Source: Actinomycetota bacterium (GTDB lineage: Bacteria; Actinomycetota; Acidimicrobiia; Acidimicrobiales; JAFATL01). From it: a stretch of 64,000 nt of DNA. Within the stretch, counting starts at the first letter, position 1. Each line of letters opens with the position of its first letter. Where the stretch lies: assembly GCA_041166085.1 (NCBI GenBank), contig JBEEFP010000050.1, positions 15,114-79,113 on the forward strand, written 5' to 3'. The position numbers and the translations under genes are program-made. The notes beneath the pieces are model-generated. The model made no database searches. It was given only the letters and a program-made list of their open reading frames with translations, and was not told where the DNA came from. This document shows, in pieces, positions 29,356 through 37,727 of this stretch.

Positions 29356-31572
29356 TCAGCGGTCCGACGGACCGAAAGGGGGCGCCGACGGGATCGCAGC
29401 GTCAACGGCCACGTCGGCGATCACGTCCTCGGGGTCGTCGAGACTCACGGTTTCGGGAGCCGCGACGGGGCCCTCGGCGGCCGGCGGCGGGGGCGAGAAC
29501 GGACTCGGCTCGGCGCGCGGAGGAGGGGCCGGCTGCTGCTGTTGGGGACGCGCCGCGACCGTGGCCGCCGGAGGCCGAGGCGGCTGCGGTTGGGGAGCGG
29601 GCGGCGCGGCCTGCGGTGCAGGCTGGGGCGTCGCGGGAGCGGGTGGGGTCGGCCGCTGCTGCTGCACGTTCTGCTGCTGCTGCGGAACGGGCTTCGGGCC
29701 CGCGGGCTGCGGGGCGGCGGCGACCTTCGCGGCGGCTGGGGCGGCCGCCGGAGGTTCGGCCGGCAGCGTGGCAACCGCAGGTCGACCCTGCTGCGGACGC
29801 GAGCCCCCCTTCTGCTTCCGCTTCTTGCCGCCCTGGCCGCCACCACTCGACGGCGGACGGTTGGCAGCCGCGCCCTCGGGGCGGGGACGGGTGGGCCGCG
29901 ACGCGGTATCGGGCCGACGACGGCGCCGGAAGAACCCGGCCAGACCGCGGCTTCGACCGGACGAGTAGTAGTAGTAGTAATAGCCGTGGGCGGCCGGCGC
30001 ATCGGCGCCACCCACCAGCACGACGCCCTGCAGGGGCGCACCAACGCGACGCAGGCGCTCAGCCGCGAGCTCGGCCGAGGGATAGCTGGTCTTCCCACCA
30101 CGTGCGACGAGCACCACCTGGTCCACGATCGGCACGACGTCGAGGGCGTCGTTGATGGCGAGGATCGGCGCGGTGTCCAGGATGACGACGTCGGCCAATC
30201 GGCGGGCGCCGGCGACGAGCTCGGTGGCGAGGGGGAACAGCTCGGAGGGACGGTCGACCGACTGGCCGGCGGTGATGAGACGCACGCCCGGTACCGAGGT
30301 CGAGCGGGCCAGCTTCTCGAGGTTCATCGGCGAGCCGCTGTGGGCGGCGAGGATCGCGTCACTGAGGCCGGGCGAGTCGGAGACGCCCAGGTAGCGCTGC
30401 GCACGCGGGTGGCGGAAGTCGCAGTCGAGCACGAGCACCGATCGGCCCGCCTCGGCGAAGCTGGCGGCCAGGTTCACGGCCGTCGTGGTCTTGCCCTCGC
30501 CGGGGTTGGCGGACGACACCAGGATCATCAGGTCACTGACCTCGATGGCGGGCGTGTGGCTCGTGACGTGCTCGCCATTGCCACTGCTGTGCGATGCCTG
30601 CGGGTGCGGCCGCATGAGCACGAGCGAGGTCCGCAGTGTTCGGTACGCCTCGGCGATCATCGACGAAGGATCGACGGCGGTCAGCACCTCGGGCCGGCGG
30701 CGGAGGCGCAGGGGCAGGATGGGAACATCGGAGAGCACGGGGGCGCCGAACGCCGCCTCCGCGACCTCCTTTGTTCCGATGCGCAAGTCGAACCGCTGCA
30801 CGATCAGCGCCAGGGCGAGACCGAGGAGGAGCCCGAGCGCGGCAGCCAGCGCGATGCGGCCAAGACGACTCGTGGGCGCGCGGAAGCGGCTGGCCGGCGC
30901 CAGCTTGGCGTGGGCCGTCTCCAGCGAGCTCAGACCCGAGGTGGGCGTCCCTGAGATGAGCTGGAGCTCGGCGTAAGCCTGGCCGTATTCCCGGAGCAGG
31001 GCGTCGCGCTGCGCGATGAGCGCGGCCTGTCCGGCCAAGGGCGTCTTGGCGATGCGCGCCTCGAGCTGCGTGACCTGGGTCTGGATGGTTTGGATGCGCT
31101 TGTTCGTCGCGTCGACGAGCTGCTGCTGCTGCGAGAGCTGTCGACTGTCGAGCTCGACCAGCAGTTCCGTGGCGAACGCGTCCGCCAGCTGCTCGGCCTG
31201 TGCCGGCTTGCTCTGCGTCGAGGAGATGGTGATCGTGCGCGTGTCGGGGTTGGCCTCGACCTTGATCTGGCTGGCCAGCTTGGCGCTGTCGCCCTGATAT
31301 CCGACCCTCGCAGCGACGCGCTGGGTGACCTCTGCCCCGGTGGCGAGCTCGGCCGCCGCGGGCAGGGCGTTGGGCTGCAACGCACCCCCCGAGCGGTCAT
31401 TTCCCGTGGCCGGCGACGAAAGGATCAATCGGTGCTGCGCGACGTAGCGCTTCGGCGGACCCTTGGGGTGCGCGGGCGTGACCACGAACGTGACGACGAC
31501 CGCCGTCAGGATCGTGAAGGCGATGACGCGCCAGCGTCGCCGCAACGTTGTGAGGTAAAGGTCCGGCTGCAC
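29356..31572 (-). CDS. Polysaccharide co-polymerase (Wzz domain) fused to BY-type tyrosine autokinase, with long Pro/Gln/Ala-rich C-terminal tail
   Basis: Two TM segments flank a coiled periplasmic-type domain. Walker A NPGEGKTTTAVNLA, Walker A' VLVLDCDFRHP and Walker B VVILDTAPI are present, plus a Tyr cluster GYYYYYYSS. About 200 aa of P/A/Q-rich tail follow. The start is uncertain (GTG at 31572 or 31632, or ORF-track 31752). Confidence 0.8.
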   Translation of the reverse strand: MQPDLYLTTLRRRWRVIAFTILTAVVVTFVVTPAHPKGPPKRYVAQHRLILSSPATGNDRSGGALQPNALPAAAELATGAEVTQRVAARVGYQGDSAKLASQIKVEANPDTRTITISSTQSKPAQAEQLADAFATELLVELDSRQLSQQQQLVDATNKRIQTIQTQVTQLEARIAKTPLAGQAALIAQRDALLREYGQAYAELQLISGTPTSGLSSLETAHAKLAPASRFRAPTSRLGRIALAAALGLLLGLALALIVQRFDLRIGTKEVAEAAFGAPVLSDVPILPLRLRRRPEVLTAVDPSSMIAEAYRTLRTSLVLMRPHPQASHSSGNGEHVTSHTPAIEVSDLMILVSSANPGEGKTTTAVNLAASFAEAGRSVLVLDCDFRHPRAQRYLGVSDSPGLSDAILAAHSGSPMNLEKLARSTSVPGVRLITAGQSVDRPSELFPLATELVAGARRLADVVILDTAPILAINDALDVVPIVDQVVLVARGGKTSYPSAELAAERLRRVGAPLQGVVLVGGADAPAAHGYYYYYYSSGRSRGLAGFFRRRRRPDTASRPTRPRPEGAAANRPPSSGGGQGGKKRKQKGGSRPQQGRPAVATLPAEPPAAAPAAAKVAAAPQPAGPKPVPQQQQNVQQQRPTPPAPATPQPAPQAAPPAPQPQPPRPPAATVAARPQQQQPAPPPRAEPSPFSPPPPAAEGPVAAPETVSLDDPEDVIADVAVDAAIPSAPPFGPSDR
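29965..29982 (-). repeat. Trinucleotide repeat (plus strand GTAGTAGTAGTAGTAATA) encoding the Tyr6 cluster of the BY-kinase
   Basis: Read directly. The minus strand is TAT TAC TAC TAC TAC TAC = YYYYYY, a conspicuous AT-containing microsatellite in a GC-rich gene. Confidence 0.7.
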
Positions 31573-31652
31573 GATGCTCCGACTCGGGGGGACCGGGGTA
31601 TCGACCGATTTCCGGCGGTCGCCCCTTTCGACCAACTGGCAGGTTACCGCCT

Positions 31653-32753
31653 CTACGCCGCAGGCGGCCACACCCCCCCCGGATCGGCCACGGCGTCGAG
31701 CAGTTGTGCCCACGAGGCTGCGACCGCGCCCAGCTCGAAGCGTTCTGCGCACCGGCTCCGAGCGGCTGGGCCCATCTGCGCCGCGGCCGCGATGGCGGTT
31801 CGTAAGCCCCGCGCCAGCGCACCGACGTCCCCGGGGCTGACGAGCACGCCCGTGACCCCGTCGACGACGATCTCCGGGATGCCCCCGACGGCGCTGGCCA
31901 CCACCGGGACGCCAGCGAGGCCAGCCTCGATGGGCGCCGCCGGTAGGCCCTCCGTCCGGCTCGGAAGCACCAGCGCGTCTGCCGCCGCGTAGACGGGCAC
32001 GACATCGTCGAGCGACCCGAGGAAGTGGACGCGCCCGGGCGCCGCTCGCTCGGCCTCCGCGCGCAACGCCGCCTCGTCCGGGCCGTCACCTGCCACGACG
32101 AGCCGAACGCCTTCGATGGCCCCGATGGCGCGGATGGCGCTTCCCAGATCCTTCTCGCCGGACAGCGCGCCGACGTAGGCGACGACCGGTCCCTCCGCCG
32201 GGAGTCCGAGGGCGAGGCGGGCCTGGCCCCGATCGGCGGACGTCACGGCCAGGAGCCGCGCGCCCGGCACGCCGTTGGGGATCACCCGCATCCGCTCGGG
32301 CACGACGCCGTGACGACGCACGAGCTCGGCCCCGGCGGCGTCCCAGAGGCTCACGACCGCCGCGGCACGGTGGAGTGCGACGCGCACCCAGGCCCGCCGG
32401 TCGATGCGGGTCGACCAGAAGGCGGGGTCACCGATGGAGCGATACACGAAGGGCACGCCCGTACCCGCCGTCGCGACGGCTGCAGCCGGCAGGGTCGTGG
32501 ACCCGTGAGCCACAACCACCCTTGCGTGACGTACCCGGGCTCGGAGGCGCCGCAAGGTGCTCGGCGCAAGGCGCCGCGTGCCGAGGGTGGCGATCGGCAA
32601 TCGCGTCGGCGATGTTCCAGGTGCCAACGCCATCACGTCGCCGTGACGTCCCAGCGTTTCGAGCGCGGCGGCCAGCCCGACGGCAAAGACCTCGGCGCCT
32701 CGGTGATCCGTCGTCGTGACGACGTGGAGGATCCGGGGAGCTGTCCCGCGCAT
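31653..32753 (-). CDS. Glycosyltransferase family 4
   Basis: The N-terminus is MRGTAPRILHVVTTTDHRGAEVFAVGLAAALE. The C-terminal motif is PSRTEGLPAAPIEAGLAGVPVVASAVGGIPE. The start is re-set to Met54 (32753). Confidence 0.75.
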   Translation of the reverse strand: MRGTAPRILHVVTTTDHRGAEVFAVGLAAALETLGRHGDVMALAPGTSPTRLPIATLGTRRLAPSTLRRLRARVRHARVVVAHGSTTLPAAAVATAGTGVPFVYRSIGDPAFWSTRIDRRAWVRVALHRAAAVVSLWDAAGAELVRRHGVVPERMRVIPNGVPGARLLAVTSADRGQARLALGLPAEGPVVAYVGALSGEKDLGSAIRAIGAIEGVRLVVAGDGPDEAALRAEAERAAPGRVHFLGSLDDVVPVYAAADALVLPSRTEGLPAAPIEAGLAGVPVVASAVGGIPEIVVDGVTGVLVSPGDVGALARGLRTAIAAAAQMGPAARSRCAERFELGAVAASWAQLLDAVADPGGVWPPAA

Positions 32754-32784
32754 GGCGCGCAGCCTAGGGAGCGGCCGGCGACAT

Positions 32785-33963
32785 CTAGCGGGGCCGTCGA
32801 CCCGCGCGTTGGACCCGCTCGTAGAACGCGACCGTCCGGTCGGCCACGGGTCCGATCTCGAACCGATCGAGGAAGCGCTGCCGGGCCGCGTCGGCACGAC
32901 GGACAGCTCCATCGCGATCCGTCATGCAGAGCTCTATGGCCCGGGCCAGGGCGGACGGATCGGCTGCGGGCACCATGAGCGCTTCCTGCTCGTGCCGGAC
33001 CACCTCCCGCACCGCGGGGATGTCGCTGGCGACGATGGGTGCCTCGAGCGCCATGGCTTCGATCAGCACGCTGCCGAGGCCCTCCCAGCGCGACGGCACC
33101 ACGAACACGTCGGCGGCGGCGAGGAGGTCGGGCACGTCGTCGCGGGCGCCCAGGAGGGTCGTACTGGGGTCGAGTCCCGCATCGGCGACGAGCCGCTCGA
33201 GCTCGTGCGTTCGATTGCCGCGCCGACCCGCTATGACCAGGCGGGCGCCGCGGCTGCCCGCTAGGTCGGCCCAGGCGTGCACGAGCACATCCAGGCCCTT
33301 CTGCCACTCGTGGCGCGCGGCCGCCAGCACGAGTGGCTGACCGGGCGCCACCCCGACGGCACGACGGGCTGCCGCAGCCCGCTCAGGCGACCGCCGGCCC
33401 AGGACGGCTTCCTCGCGCCCGCGAGGGATGACGTCGATCCGCTCGCGCGGAATGCGCAGGCGATCACTCATCGCGATGGCGACGGTTTCGGTGATGGCGT
33501 GGAAGCGCACGACGGCTCGGCTCGTCATGGTGTCCAAGGCTCTCGCCGCCAGGAGACGCCGGCGCGAAAGGGAGCGGTCGGCGCGCTGTTCCTCCCCGTA
33601 AGGCACGTTGACCAGGCTCGAGACCACGGGAACGCGCGCCAGGCGCGCGGCGATCCGCCCGACCTGATCGGCCTCGAACAACGTCGTGTGGACGATGTCC
33701 GGGCGGCGATCACGTATCAGGGCGGCGACGGCTCGGAGCCATTGCACGCGACCACTTCCGCCGACGGCGTGCACCCGGATGTCGTGCTCGAGCAGGGCGG
33801 GGGCGAGCGGCGCTTCTGGTCGGAGATGGGCCACTTCGATGGCGATGCCCCTGTCCGCGAGTGCTGGCGCGAGCGCGACGAGCGACCGCTCCGCGCCCCC
33901 GGGCGCCAGGCTGTCGATCACGTAGAGGATGCCCGGGCGTGGCTCGGGTGACACCCGGGGCAT
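32785..33963 (-). CDS. Glycosyltransferase family 4
   Basis: The motifs ILYVIDSLAPGGAERSLVALA and PSRWEGLGSVLIEAMALEAPIVASDIPAVRE are present. It is the first gene of the minus-strand operon. Confidence 0.78.
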   Translation of the reverse strand: MPRVSPEPRPGILYVIDSLAPGGAERSLVALAPALADRGIAIEVAHLRPEAPLAPALLEHDIRVHAVGGSGRVQWLRAVAALIRDRRPDIVHTTLFEADQVGRIAARLARVPVVSSLVNVPYGEEQRADRSLSRRRLLAARALDTMTSRAVVRFHAITETVAIAMSDRLRIPRERIDVIPRGREEAVLGRRSPERAAAARRAVGVAPGQPLVLAAARHEWQKGLDVLVHAWADLAGSRGARLVIAGRRGNRTHELERLVADAGLDPSTTLLGARDDVPDLLAAADVFVVPSRWEGLGSVLIEAMALEAPIVASDIPAVREVVRHEQEALMVPAADPSALARAIELCMTDRDGAVRRADAARQRFLDRFEIGPVADRTVAFYERVQRAGRRPR

Positions 33964-33986
33964 CCTACGGATGCGACCATGGCCCG

Positions 33987-34817
33987 GTGCCAGGGCGTCT
34001 CCCCAACTTCTTGATCGTCGGTGCCATGCGATCGGGCACGACGTCGCTGGCCCGATACCTCGACGCCCACCCCGACGTGTTCCTCGCTCCGACCAAAGAG
34101 GTGCGATTCTTCGACCGTCACCACGAGCGCGGGCTCGATTGGTACCGCTCGCATTTCGCCGGTGCTGGCCAACATCCGCTGGTCGGCGAGGCCACGCAGA
34201 CGTACCTCTATGACCACGACGCCATGCAGCGGATGGCCGCCGCCGTCCCCGATGCCCGCTTGGTGGCCATCCTCCGCGATCCCGTCGACCGCGCCTACTC
34301 GCATTACTGGCTCAACAAGGCACGCGATCGCGAGCCGCTGAGCTTCGAGGACGCCCTCGCGGCAGAGCCCGAGCGGCTGGCGCGGGGCGACCTGGACTCA
34401 CGCTTCTTCTACTCATATGTCGACCGCGGCCGATATGTGCACCAGATCGACCGGCTGGAGCGCCTGTATCCGCCGGGCAGGGTGCACCTGATTCTCTTCG
34501 ACGACCTGCGTGACCGGGCCCCCGACACCTACGCCGGCGTCCTGCGGTTCCTCGGAGCCCGTCCCTTCACGCCCGACAACCTCGGGCGCGCGGTGAACAC
34601 CTATACGTCGTTCCGCTCGGTGCGGCTGCGACGGCTGGCCCGGAGGTTGCCGGGCCGGGCGCGGGACGCAGTCGGTCGCATCAACGCACAACGCGAGTCG
34701 TACCCACCCCTCGACCCTGGACTGCGGGCCCAGGTCGCGGCCTGCTTCGCAGACGACAACGCCGCGCTCGCTGAGCGGCTCGCGCGCGATCTCTCGCTTT
34801 GGAGCCGGCCAGCGTGA
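33987..34817 (+). CDS. Sulfotransferase (PAPS-dependent; family A)
   Basis: The 5'-PSB loop is LPNFLIVGAMRSGTTSLARYLDAHPDV, and the 3'-PB motif is LRDPVDRAYSHY. The start is re-set to the in-frame GTG at 33987, 23 nt from the divergent GT4 start. Confidence 0.8.
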   Translation: MPGRLPNFLIVGAMRSGTTSLARYLDAHPDVFLAPTKEVRFFDRHHERGLDWYRSHFAGAGQHPLVGEATQTYLYDHDAMQRMAAAVPDARLVAILRDPVDRAYSHYWLNKARDREPLSFEDALAAEPERLARGDLDSRFFYSYVDRGRYVHQIDRLERLYPPGRVHLILFDDLRDRAPDTYAGVLRFLGARPFTPDNLGRAVNTYTSFRSVRLRRLARRLPGRARDAVGRINAQRESYPPLDPGLRAQVAACFADDNAALAERLARDLSLWSRPA

Positions 34818-35683
34818 GCGACACGCTCGTGCTGCCGACCTTCGTCGTCATCGGGTCGATGAAGTCGGGGACGACCACTCTCCAGGCGTGGCTCGACGCT
34901 CAGCCCGACGTGGAAATGGCGCCGAAGGAACCCAACTTCTTCTCGCGTGACGAGGTCTGGGCTCGAGGCCTGCGCTGGTACTCCGACCTCTTCGAACCCA
35001 CGAGCGCGCCCGCGCGTGGGGACGTGTCGCCGAGCTACACGAATCCGTTGTGGGCCGAACGTGCCGCGGCGCGGATGCACGAGGTCATTCCCGATGCGCG
35101 GATCGTGTATTTGCTCCGGCATCCTGTCGACCGCCTTCGCTCGCATTACCTCCACCAGGTGCGCCGCGCGCGTGAATCACGGTCGCTCGTCGAGGCCCTC
35201 GCCGATCCGAACAACCCGTACGTCGCCCGCAGCCGCTACCTCGCATGCATGCAGCCGTACATCGCCCATTTCCCGAAGGAGCAGATTCGAGTCGAGCGCC
35301 TGGAGGACCTGGTGGTGCCCGGCGCGCCCGGCTGGACACGGCTCCTCGAGCACCTGGGCCTCCCGCATCGCCAGCCCCCGGGGACGCACCACTACATCGG
35401 TGCCGAGCAGCCCGCGTATACCCGTCCGCTGCGTTGGCTGGCCGATCGAGGCCGCCTCGACTCGGTGCGCCGGCTGCCCGCGCCGGTGCGGGCGGTGGGC
35501 AAGGCCGTCGCCCTGCGGCGACGAGCCGCGGGTCGGCGACGCGAGGAGGAGGCCGCCCTCGCAGCGCTGCCGACAGCGGCGCTCGACGCGGTGTGGCGCG
35601 ACATCGCCGAGCTCGAGGCATGGGTCGGTCGCGGCCCGCTGTGGCCCGCCGACGACGGGACCGGTCGAAGCCGTCCCGTATGA
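34814..35683 (+). CDS. Sulfotransferase (family A)
   Basis: The motifs LPTFVVIGSMKSGTTTLQAWLDAQPDV and LLRHPVDRLRSHY are present. The GTG at 34814 forms a GTGA overlap with the preceding sulfotransferase stop. It is a close paralog of the 41511 gene. Confidence 0.8.
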   Translation: MSDTLVLPTFVVIGSMKSGTTTLQAWLDAQPDVEMAPKEPNFFSRDEVWARGLRWYSDLFEPTSAPARGDVSPSYTNPLWAERAAARMHEVIPDARIVYLLRHPVDRLRSHYLHQVRRARESRSLVEALADPNNPYVARSRYLACMQPYIAHFPKEQIRVERLEDLVVPGAPGWTRLLEHLGLPHRQPPGTHHYIGAEQPAYTRPLRWLADRGRLDSVRRLPAPVRAVGKAVALRRRAAGRRREEEAALAALPTAALDAVWRDIAELEAWVGRGPLWPADDGTGRSRPV

Positions 35684-35710
35684 TCGTCGGCCGGAGTCCC
35701 CCGCCACCTC

Positions 35711-36562
35711 ATGTCCCTACGTCCCGATCTTGCTGCCGGCCCGCCGCCGGAGCTTCGCTACCGCTACCGGGTCCGGCCCCTCCACTCCATCCGCGAGTTC
35801 TGGGGCGCCCGGCGCCTGGCGTGGACCCTGGCCGAGCGCGACATCCGGGCCCGATACAAGCAGGCCTTCCTCGGAGTGAGCTGGGCGGTCGTCACGCCGC
35901 TCATCATGATGTTGGCGTTCAACGTGTTTTTCAAACGGGTGGCCAAGATCGACACCCACGGCGCGCCGTACCCCATCTTCAGCTACCTCGGGCTGCTGCC
36001 GTGGCAGTTCTTCTCCGGCTCGGTGAGCAGCGGCGGCTACGCGTTCATCACGGACTCGCAATTGCTGAACAAGATCTACTGCCCCCGCGAGGTGTTCCCG
36101 CTCGCGGACATCATGGGCACCGCCGTCGACATGGTGATCTCGACCGGCGTATTGGTGATCCTCTTCGGCGTGTTCAGCTACGCGCCGTACGCCACCTCGG
36201 TGTGGGTGCCGGTCCTGCTGCTGATCCAGATCGCTTTCACCGTCGGCGTGACCCTGGGGATCTGCGGCCTGTTCGTCTACATCCGGGACCTCAAACAGGT
36301 CGTGCCGATCATCCTGCAGCTCGGGCTCTTCGCCACGCCCGTGGCGTGGGGCCTCGAGTCGATACCGGCGACATGGCGCGGCGCCTACTGCACGATCAAC
36401 CCCCTCGGCATCGTCATCGACGGATACCGCCAGGCCGTGCTCTACGGCCACGCGCCTGACACCCGCTTGGTGGTCTACGCCGCCGTCTCGTCCGCCATCT
36501 ACCTCGTCGCCGGTTACCTCCTCCTCAAGCGCCTGGAGGTTGGCTTTGCCGACGTTGCCTGA
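35711..36562 (+). CDS. wzm: ABC-2 type polysaccharide/teichoic-acid export permease (Wzm/TagG-like)
   Basis: 283 aa. The motif LAERDIRARYKQAFLGVSWAVVTPLIMMLAFNVFF is present, with six hydrophobic spans. It is followed by the cognate ATPase. Confidence 0.8.
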   Translation: MSLRPDLAAGPPPELRYRYRVRPLHSIREFWGARRLAWTLAERDIRARYKQAFLGVSWAVVTPLIMMLAFNVFFKRVAKIDTHGAPYPIFSYLGLLPWQFFSGSVSSGGYAFITDSQLLNKIYCPREVFPLADIMGTAVDMVISTGVLVILFGVFSYAPYATSVWVPVLLLIQIAFTVGVTLGICGLFVYIRDLKQVVPIILQLGLFATPVAWGLESIPATWRGAYCTINPLGIVIDGYRQAVLYGHAPDTRLVVYAAVSSAIYLVAGYLLLKRLEVGFADVA

Positions 36563-37727
36563 GGGCACGATCGCGGCGAGCCACGTCTGGAAGCGCTTCC
36601 GCGCCGACCGCCGAGGGTCACTCCTGAGCGCGGAGCTGCGCCGGTTGAGCGCAAGGCTGCGCGGCCGGCCCTTCCAAGCCTGGCGATGGGCGCTGCGCGA
36701 CGTGGACTTCCATGCCGAGCCCGGCGACAGCATCGGACTCATCGGCGCCAACGGCTCGGGCAAGTCGACACTGCTCAAGATCCTGACGCGCGTGATGTAC
36801 CCCTACGCGGGGTCGGTGCACGTGTCCGGCCGGGTCGGTGCGCTCATCGAGGTGAGCGCCGGCATCCACCCCCAGCTCACTGGTCGGGAGAACGTCTACC
36901 TGTACGGCATGCTGCTCGGCCTCTCGCGCAAGGAGGTCTCCCGCAAGTTCGACGAGATCGTGGCCTTCGCGGAGGTGGAGCAGGCGACCGACCGTCTCGT
37001 GAAGTTCTATTCGAGCGGCATGAAGATGCGCATCGGCTTCGCCGTCGCCGCCTTCCTCGAGCCCCACATCCTGCTCGTCGACGAGGTGCTGGCGGTGGGT
37101 GATGCCAGCTTCCAGCAGAAGTGCCTGGATCGCATGCGTGTCGTCCTGAGTCAGAACACCACACTCGTCTTCGTCTCCCACGACCTCGCGGCGGTGCAAG
37201 CCACCTGCACGCGTGGCATCTGGCTGGCCGAAGGCGACGTCATGACCACCGGCCCGATCAACGACGTGCTCGCGTCGTATCGCCACGCCATCGAGATGGC
37301 CGCTGAAGCGAGCACCGCCGGAGCGCTGGGCGCTCTCCTGAAGGTCACAGCGGCCGGGCGCGCCGGCGTCACGGCGCGTACCGAGGAACCGCTCGACATC
37401 ACGTTGGTGTTCACGAGTGACTTCCCACGCGATGCGGACCTCTATCTGGGTCTGAGCGAGGGGACCGCGACCCCGATCTTCACCCTCAACCGGCCCGTGC
37501 ACCTGAGCAACGGGCAGACCGAGGTGCGCTGCACGATCCCCCATCTTCCGTTGCCGCGGGGTCGCTATTACGTGTGGGTCGGGTTGTGGGGCGGCGGTCA
37601 GATCGTGCCGTGGCAACCAGCAGGTCATGTGGACGTCGTGGGTCCCGACCTCGACCCAGCGCCGCGCGCAGTGGTACGCCTTGCTCCGGTGTACGTCGAG
37701 GCCACGTGGGACGTCGCGGCGCTGTAA
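36540..37727 (+). CDS. wzt: Polysaccharide export ABC ATPase (Wzt/TagH-like) with ~150-aa C-terminal extra domain
   Basis: Walker A GANGSGKST, the signature YSSGMKMRIGFAVA and Walker B ILLVDEVLAVGD are present. Residues after ~245 form a beta-rich extension (LDITLVFTSDF...RGRYYVWVGLWGG). The TTG start is uncertain (36540, 36546 or 36555). Confidence 0.85.
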   Translation: MALPTLPEGTIAASHVWKRFRADRRGSLLSAELRRLSARLRGRPFQAWRWALRDVDFHAEPGDSIGLIGANGSGKSTLLKILTRVMYPYAGSVHVSGRVGALIEVSAGIHPQLTGRENVYLYGMLLGLSRKEVSRKFDEIVAFAEVEQATDRLVKFYSSGMKMRIGFAVAAFLEPHILLVDEVLAVGDASFQQKCLDRMRVVLSQNTTLVFVSHDLAAVQATCTRGIWLAEGDVMTTGPINDVLASYRHAIEMAAEASTAGALGALLKVTAAGRAGVTARTEEPLDITLVFTSDFPRDADLYLGLSEGTATPIFTLNRPVHLSNGQTEVRCTIPHLPLPRGRYYVWVGLWGGGQIVPWQPAGHVDVVGPDLDPAPRAVVRLAPVYVEATWDVAAL

